Part shown: in pieces, positions 56,606 to 61,661 of the stretch
Layout of the letters: each line of letters starts with the position of its first letter
Position numbering within the stretch: position 1 is the first letter of the stretch
Origin: an uncultured Gammaproteobacteria bacterium
GTDB lineage: Bacteria; Pseudomonadota; Gammaproteobacteria; Tethybacterales; Tethybacteraceae
Direction of reading: 5' to 3'
DNA: 61,661 nucleotides
NCBI GenBank assembly: GCA_964509765.1
Contig: CAZDYI010000139.1
Location: 1 to 61,661, forward strand
Notes under the pieces: generated by a model
Seen by the model: only the letters and a program-made list of their open reading frames with translations
Told to the model about the DNA's origin: nothing
Databases searched by the model: none
Position numbers and translations under genes: made by a program

Positions 56606-57820
56606 GTGAGGGCCGCAACGAGGAAGAATCTTATCACCGCCGCGGCCCTGGCCGCGCTTGCCCTGCTCGCGCACCAGGCGGGCGCGGCGTCGGTCGTCGC
56701 CCGGGTCGCGGCGGTCGTCAACGGCGAGGCGATCCTCTCGACCGAGGTCGAGGGCGAGATGGACCGCATCAACGCGGTGATCCGCGACTCCGGGCAGTCC
56801 CTTCCCGACCCCGGCGCGCTGTACGACTCGGTCCTCAACAGGCTCATCGAGGAGCGGCTCCAGACCCAGCGGGTGCGCTCCCTCGGCCTGACCGTCGAGG
56901 AGGGCGAGGTCGACGAGGCCGCGCGCCGCTTCCTCGCCCAGCGCAACATGAGCCTTTCCCGCTACCTCAGGGAGTTCAACGTCTCCGAGGGCGCGTTCCG
57001 CAGGGGGATACGCGACGACCTGCTGGTCAACCGCGCGGTCCTGCGCGACAACGCCGGCGAGATGAGGGTGGGGCAGCAGGAGGTCAACCAGGAGCTGCGC
57101 GCGAGGCTCGCCCGACCCGAGCTGCGCGAGCACCTGCTCGAGCACGCGCGCTTCGCCCACGGTGACGGCGAGCTCGCCGGCCGCGCGAGCGCCCTGTCCG
57201 GCGAGGAGTTCGCCTCTTTCGCCGCGGAGCACAGCGCGAGCGATGACGGCGTGAGCCTCGGCTGGCTCACCGAGGGCGAGATGCCGACGCAGTTCGCCGA
57301 GGCCCTCCGCGGCCTCAGGCCCGGCCGGGTCTCGCAGGTGATGGAGCTCGACAACGGCCTGCACGTCATCCACCTCGTCGCGTCCAGGCCGCTCGTCCCG
57401 GGGCACTCGCAGGGCGGGATGACGAGGATCAAGCTGTTCGCCGGCGGCGAGGGAACGTCCGAGCAGCAGCTGCGCGCCGCGGCCGAGTCGGTGCGCTCGG
57501 GCGAGCTCGGCTTCGAGGAGGCCGCAGAGTCCGTCGGCGGCGAGTCCTGGCTCGTCGAGGGCAGGCCCGAGGAGCTGCCAGCGTCGGTGACCGGCAGCCT
57601 CAGGATGATCAGCGGCGAGATCGGCGGCCCGTTCGACCACGAGGGCAGGCTGGTCGTCGCGATGGTCGTCGGCCGGGAGAGCGAGGTCGTCGGCGACGAG
57701 GAGCTGCGCCGGCAGGCGTCGGCGATCGCCGCTGACGCCAACTACTTCCAGGTGCGGCGCAAGTGGATCGAGTTCCTGCGCTCGATCGGGACCGTGGAGA
57801 TCGTGCGTGCCGACCCGTAG
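56606..57820 (+). CDS. surA: Periplasmic chaperone / peptidyl-prolyl isomerase, SurA family
   Basis: Signal peptide, then VAAVVNGEAILSTEV and one parvulin-like segment (GWLTEGEMPTQFAEAL...GLHVIHL). Lies upstream of pdxA-rsmA. Confidence 0.8.
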   Translation: MRAATRKNLITAAALAALALLAHQAGAASVVARVAAVVNGEAILSTEVEGEMDRINAVIRDSGQSLPDPGALYDSVLNRLIEERLQTQRVRSLGLTVEEGEVDEAARRFLAQRNMSLSRYLREFNVSEGAFRRGIRDDLLVNRAVLRDNAGEMRVGQQEVNQELRARLARPELREHLLEHARFAHGDGELAGRASALSGEEFASFAAEHSASDDGVSLGWLTEGEMPTQFAEALRGLRPGRVSQVMELDNGLHVIHLVASRPLVPGHSQGGMTRIKLFAGGEGTSEQQLRAAAESVRSGELGFEEAAESVGGESWLVEGRPEELPASVTGSLRMISGEIGGPFDHEGRLVVAMVVGRESEVVGDEELRRQASAIAADANYFQVRRKWIEFLRSIGTVEIVRADP

Positions 57821-58796
57821 CAGGCCTTGCCTTGCCCTGACCGCGGGCGACCCCGCGGGCATCGGCTACGAGCTTGTCGCCATGCTCGGCGACCGGAAGC
57901 TAGCCGCGGACATCGTGCTCCTCTGCGACGTGATGGCGCTCGAGAGGCGGTCCATCGAGATGGGCGAACGGTTCTGGCCGCAGGCGTACGACCAGGACAA
58001 TCCCGCGCCCATCTCGGCGATCTACACCCCCCTCGGCACCGCCCCGGTCGCCGGCAAGCCCGACCCGCGCAACGCGCCGGGCGTCATCTACTCGCTCGAG
58101 CTTGCGTCCAGGATGCTGATGACGTACGGGCAGGCAGACGGCGTGGTCACGGGACCGGTCTCGAAGGAGATCCTGGCGCAGGCGTTGCCGGGCTTCACCG
58201 GCCAGACAGAGCTCCTCGCCAAGCATGCCGAGGTCGACCTGCCGGTGATGGCGATGGTGGGCCCGAACCTCAAGGTGGCGCTTGCGACGACGCACCTGCC
58301 CCTGTCGGAGGTCCCGGCCGCGATCACCGAGGAGCGCATCCTGGGAGTGCTGCGCGTCGCGGACCGCGACGCAAGGGACCGGCTCGGCATGGAAAGGCGG
58401 CGCTGGAAGGTCTGCGGCCTGAACCCGCATGCGGGCGAGGGCGGCCTGCTCGGCAAGGAGGAGAAGGAAGTCATCGAGCCAGCGGTCAGGCGCGCGCAGG
58501 AGGAGGGGATCAACGCAACCGGGCCGATTCCGGCGGACACCGCGTTCCTGCCCGGCAACGTCTCCGAGGACGACTTCTTCCTTGCGATGTACCACGACCA
58601 GGTCCTGCCTGTGGTCAAGCGCGACGACTTCGCCGCCACGGTCAACGTCACCTTCGGCCTGCCGTACGTGCGCACAAGCGTCGGCCACGGAACGGCGTTC
58701 GAGCTCGCGGGAAAGGGGATAGCCGACGTGGGCCCGCTTCTGTCCGCGATAGACCTCGCGGCCCAGATGGCCGCGAGGGTCATGGCGTCGTCGTGA
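57807..58796 (+). CDS. pdxA: 4-hydroxythreonine-4-phosphate dehydrogenase
   Basis: LTAGDPAGIGYEL, NPHAGEGG, YHDQ, and RTSVGHGTAFELAGKG. Confidence 0.93.
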   Translation: MPTRSRPCLALTAGDPAGIGYELVAMLGDRKLAADIVLLCDVMALERRSIEMGERFWPQAYDQDNPAPISAIYTPLGTAPVAGKPDPRNAPGVIYSLELASRMLMTYGQADGVVTGPVSKEILAQALPGFTGQTELLAKHAEVDLPVMAMVGPNLKVALATTHLPLSEVPAAITEERILGVLRVADRDARDRLGMERRRWKVCGLNPHAGEGGLLGKEEKEVIEPAVRRAQEEGINATGPIPADTAFLPGNVSEDDFFLAMYHDQVLPVVKRDDFAATVNVTFGLPYVRTSVGHGTAFELAGKGIADVGPLLSAIDLAAQMAARVMASS

Positions 58797-59578
58797 GCCG
58801 CTCGCGGCAGCCGCTCGGGCAGCACTTCCTTTCCGACCGGGCGGTCCTCGACGACATCGTCGGCCACATCGCGCCGAAGGAGGGCGACCTATTCGTCGAG
58901 GTCGGACCCGGCCGCGGCCAGCTCACCGCGCCGCTGCTCCGCTCCGGCGCGCGCGTCGTCGCGATCGAGCGCGACAGGAAGCTTGCGGGCGAGCTGCCCG
59001 GCCTGCTCGGCGACCTAGCGCAACGGTGCGAGGTCGTCGTAGGCGACGCGGCCCACGGCCTGCCGGTTCCGGAACTGGACGACTGGAGGCTCGCGGGCAA
59101 CATTCCCTACGAGATATCCTCGCCGCTGCTCAAGCCGTTTGCCTGGGGCCTGGTCGAAGGGCTGAGGGACGCCCACCTGATGCTGCAGCGCGAGTTCGCT
59201 GCCAGGCTCGCGGCCTCGCCCGGGACTAAGGACTACGGCAAGATCACAGTCTCGGTGCAGTCGTGCATGGAGGTGGAGGTCCTGTTCGACGTCCCGCCCG
59301 AGGCGTTCGACCCGCCGCCGAAGGTGATGTCGACGGTCGTGCGCCTGACCCCGGCCGAGAACCACGGCACAGTCGACAATCCCGGCGTGCTTGAAGGGGT
59401 GCTGTTCGAGGCGTTCAAGCAGAGAAGGAAGAAGCTGTCGAACTCCCTTGACGGCCTGGAGATCGACATCGCCGGAACCTACGGGGACAGGCGGGCCGAT
59501 GACCTGTCGGTCGCAGAGTACGTCGAGCTTGCGAACCGCGTGGAGGAGAAGTGCCGTGAGCTGACGGCGTCGTCGTGA
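58793..59578 (+). CDS. rsmA: 16S rRNA (adenine1518/1519-N6)-dimethyltransferase
   Basis: GTG overlaps the pdxA stop. LGQHFLSD, VEVGPGRGQLT, and GNIPYEISSPLL. Confidence 0.93.
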   Translation: MSRSRQPLGQHFLSDRAVLDDIVGHIAPKEGDLFVEVGPGRGQLTAPLLRSGARVVAIERDRKLAGELPGLLGDLAQRCEVVVGDAAHGLPVPELDDWRLAGNIPYEISSPLLKPFAWGLVEGLRDAHLMLQREFAARLAASPGTKDYGKITVSVQSCMEVEVLFDVPPEAFDPPPKVMSTVVRLTPAENHGTVDNPGVLEGVLFEAFKQRRKKLSNSLDGLEIDIAGTYGDRRADDLSVAEYVELANRVEEKCRELTASS

Positions 59579-60141
59579 TCCTCTACATGCACGGCTTCAA
59601 CAGCTCGTCGGCCTCGTCGAAGGCCCAGGCGATGCTCGCCCACTGCAAGGAGGCGGGAGTGCGCTGCGTCGCGCCCGACCTGCCGCACCGCCCAAGCGAG
59701 GCGCTCGAGCTCGCGCGGGGAATCTGCGCGGAAAGCGAGGGAGAGGTCACCGCGGTCGGCAGCTCGCTCGGCGGGCACTACGCGACCTGGCTCGTCGAGA
59801 ACAGGCACGCAGCACGGGCCGTGCTGGTCAACCCCGCGGTCGACGTCGCCGACAAGCTCAAGGGCGAGGTCGGCAAGGTGCAGACCAACTACAACGACGG
59901 CTCCACCTACGAGTTCACCGAGGGTCACTTCCTCGACCTCAAGGAAAGCGCGGTCGGCTCGATTGCGGACCCTAAGAGGTACCTGCTGCTCGTCCAGAAG
60001 GGCGACGAGGTGCTCGACTACAAGGAGGCGGTGGAGTTCTACGAGGGCTGCGAGCAGGTTGTCGAGGACGGCGGCGACCACAGCTTCGCCGGATTCGAGC
60101 GGCTGCTCGGGCGCATAGCCAGGTTCGCGTCCGGGGGCTGA
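59575..60141 (+). CDS. YqiA-like alpha/beta-hydrolase esterase (UPF0227)
   Basis: ILYMHGFNSSSASSKA, GSSLGGHYATWL (GxSxG), and GGDHSF. Confidence 0.75.
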   Translation: MILYMHGFNSSSASSKAQAMLAHCKEAGVRCVAPDLPHRPSEALELARGICAESEGEVTAVGSSLGGHYATWLVENRHAARAVLVNPAVDVADKLKGEVGKVQTNYNDGSTYEFTEGHFLDLKESAVGSIADPKRYLLLVQKGDEVLDYKEAVEFYEGCEQVVEDGGDHSFAGFERLLGRIARFASGG

Positions 60142-60150
60142 GCGCGCCGC

Positions 60151-60735
60151 TCAGGGTACCTTCACCCCGAACTTGCCGAGCATGTCGCAGAGGCTGATCA
60201 GCGGCACGCCGAGGATCGCAGACGGGTCGTAGCACTCGAGGCGCTCGAGTAGGCTGATGCCGAGGCCCTCGAGCTGGGCCGCTCCGGCGCTGTGGGGGGA
60301 GGGCTCCTTTTCCAGGTAGGAGTCGACCGTCCTCTCGTCCAGCTCCCTCCAGGTCGCCTCGGTCCTTACGGTGACCGCCTGCCGCTCGCCGCGGAACGTC
60401 ACGCACATCCCGCTGTGGAACGTACCTCTTTGTCCCGAGAGCTCGAGCAGGTGCGCCCTTGCGGTCGCAAGGTCGCCCGGCTTGCCGTAGATCCTGCCGT
60501 TTGCCTCGAGCACCTGGTCGCCCGCTATGACGATGCTGTCGGGCATGCGCTTGGCGACCGCCGCTGCCTTCGCCTCCGCCAGGCGCGCGACGAGCTCCGC
60601 CGGCCCCTCCCCGGGCAGCGGGGTCTCGTCGACGCCGGGGTCCGCGACCTCGAAGGCGACCAGCAGCCGCGCAAGGGACGCCTTGCGGTAGGGCGAGGTC
60701 GATGCGAGGACGATCGGCGGGGGCGCTTGGCTCAC
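60151..60735 (-). CDS. maf: Maf-family nucleoside triphosphate pyrophosphatase
   Basis: IVLASTSPYRKASL, IAGDQVL, GKPGDLATA, and GAAQLEGLG. The start is chosen at GTG 60735 (194 aa); ATG 60765 is the alternative. Confidence 0.85.
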   Translation of the reverse strand: MSQAPPPIVLASTSPYRKASLARLLVAFEVADPGVDETPLPGEGPAELVARLAEAKAAAVAKRMPDSIVIAGDQVLEANGRIYGKPGDLATARAHLLELSGQRGTFHSGMCVTFRGERQAVTVRTEATWRELDERTVDSYLEKEPSPHSAGAAQLEGLGISLLERLECYDPSAILGVPLISLCDMLGKFGVKVP

Positions 60736-60747
60736 GGGCGCGGCTAG

Positions 60748-60753
60748 TATAAT
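60748..60753 (+). promoter_or_regulatory. -10 hexamer TATAAT, 10 nt upstream of the rpmE ATG
   Basis: Sequence is ctagTATAATttgcccgctcATG, with no SD. Confidence 0.45.
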
Positions 60754-60763
60754 TTGCCCGCTC

Positions 60764-60961
60764 ATGAAGAAGGGACTGCACCCCGAGCTGCACGAGGTCG
60801 AGGCGACCTGCACGTGCGGCAACAAGATATCGACCCGCAGCACCCGCAAGGGCGCGCTGCAGCTGGATGTCTGCGCAAAGTGCCACCCGTACTACACCGG
60901 CAAGCAGAAGCTGATCGACAGCTCAGGCCAGGTCGAGAAGTTCCGCAAGAAGTTCGGCTGA
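60764..60961 (+). CDS. rpmE: 50S ribosomal protein L31 (Cys-containing form)
   Basis: MKKGLHPELHEVEATCTCG...CAKCHPYYTGKQK. Confidence 0.95.
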   Translation: MKKGLHPELHEVEATCTCGNKISTRSTRKGALQLDVCAKCHPYYTGKQKLIDSSGQVEKFRKKFG

Positions 60962-60989
60962 GCCGCGGCGCCGGCCCGGCGCTGCCGGC

Positions 60990-61661
60990 ATGCGCACTCC
61001 GGTGACCGCCGGGTTCCTCGAGATAAACGCCCGGCCCGCGCGGCCGGGATCGTCCGTCGCGCGCCTCGCGCCGTTCCGGCAGGCGCTGCTGCTCACGCTC
61101 TGCCTGCTGTGGTTCCTGCCGGGGCTGACCGGGCGGAGCCTGTGGAAGCCGACCGAGACCGACCTCGTCCCCGCGGCTGCGGAGAGCTTCGCCGAAGGCT
61201 GGGGCGCGGCGGTCACAAACCTCGGCGTGCCGGTCGCGGGCCAGCCGCCGGCCTACCTGTACGTCGGCTCGCTCTTCGGCGACATGCTCTCTCCGGCGTT
61301 CGAGTACCACGAGGGCATGCGCGTTTCCAACCTGCTGTGGCTGGTCTTCCCCCTTGCGCTCGCCGGAACGGTCATGGCCCGCAGGCACGGCTCGCGGGTC
61401 GGCTGGAGGATGGTGCTGCTCGTGATGTCGTCCCTCGGGCTGCTGCTGCACGCGCGGACGGTCAACCCCGACGTCACGCTCTTGCTGCTTGGAACCGCCG
61501 GGGTGTTCGGCCTGTCGCGCATGCGCGACGACGCTGTCACCGGCGGGCTTGCTATCGGCCTAGCCTGCGCGCTGCTGTTCTGGTGCGTGGGCGCCGTCGC
61601 GGCGTGGTACGTCCTCGCCCTGCTGCTGCTTCCGATGGGCAGGCTACGCGCGGGCCTGCCG
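60990..61661 (+). CDS. Multi-pass membrane protein, possibly a GT-C (ArnT/PMT-like) glycosyltransferase; 3' end runs off the right edge
   Basis: My translation from ATG 60990 is open to the window end: MRTPVTAGFLEINARP...LCLLWFLPGLTGRSLWKPTETDLVPAAAESF, followed by repeated hydrophobic helices. The family call is tentative. Confidence 0.5.
   Translation, partial: MRTPVTAGFLEINARPARPGSSVARLAPFRQALLLTLCLLWFLPGLTGRSLWKPTETDLVPAAAESFAEGWGAAVTNLGVPVAGQPPAYLYVGSLFGDMLSPAFEYHEGMRVSNLLWLVFPLALAGTVMARRHGSRVGWRMVLLVMSSLGLLLHARTVNPDVTLLLLGTAGVFGLSRMRDDAVTGGLAIGLACALLFWCVGAVAAWYVLALLLLPMGRLRAGLP

Noticed and set aside
60733-60766. Possible third CATG head-to-head start overlap (maf ATG 60765 versus rpmE ATG 60764)
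   Set aside because: No -10-like element serves that maf start. GTG 60735 gives a typical 194-aa Maf and leaves the rpmE TATAAT promoter intergenic, so I prefer the shorter maf.

Overview
This is a 61.7-kb chromosomal segment, roughly two-thirds G+C and about 97% coding by my coordinates. I call 64 protein genes (one runs off each edge) and one 3-tRNA operon. Almost all are core housekeeping genes: nadK-recN, a lol permease plus lolD, eno-ftsB, rpsU-yqeY-dnaG, mutM, hemA-prfA-prmC, argJ, pdxH-aroK-aroB-hemB, a DegP-like protease, hslVU, nadA, acnA, pgi, zwf-edd, eda, kdgK, thrC-hom, argH, grxD, surA-pdxA-rsmA and rpmE. The tRNA order Gly(GCC)-Cys(GCA)-Leu(UAA), the blocks hemA-prfA-prmC, eno-ftsB, rpsU-yqeY-dnaG and surA-pdxA-rsmA, and the C5-pathway hemA point to a gamma- or betaproteobacterium that I cannot name. 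I saw no transposase, integrase, prophage, CRISPR, toxin-antitoxin or recognisable defence genes, and no clear-cut new multi-gene system. The observations most worth follow-up are: (1) -10-like hexamers sit 7-12 nt upstream of at least 12 operon-leading start codons with no Shine-Dalgarno, which suggests near-leaderless transcripts; (2) divergent pairs pgi/lactonase and zwf/DUF192 have start codons overlapping in a CATG, and for pgi/lactonase each partner's -10 lies inside the other's first codons; two convergent pairs share a CTAG stop; (3) a GH38-like hydrolase, unknown protein, GlucD/MR-type dehydratase and SDR operon lies among kdgK, eda and an SMP-30 lactonase, and could be an oxidative sugar route into the Entner-Doudoroff pathway; (4) tandem paralogs with a TM block, a SpeE-like domain and a second TM block share about 530 bp of near-identical DNA; (5) a lower-GC orphan prepilin-like gene splits the ED genes; (6) several small membrane ORFs have no assignable function. 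Product calls rest on motifs and synteny recalled from memory; no database search was possible.
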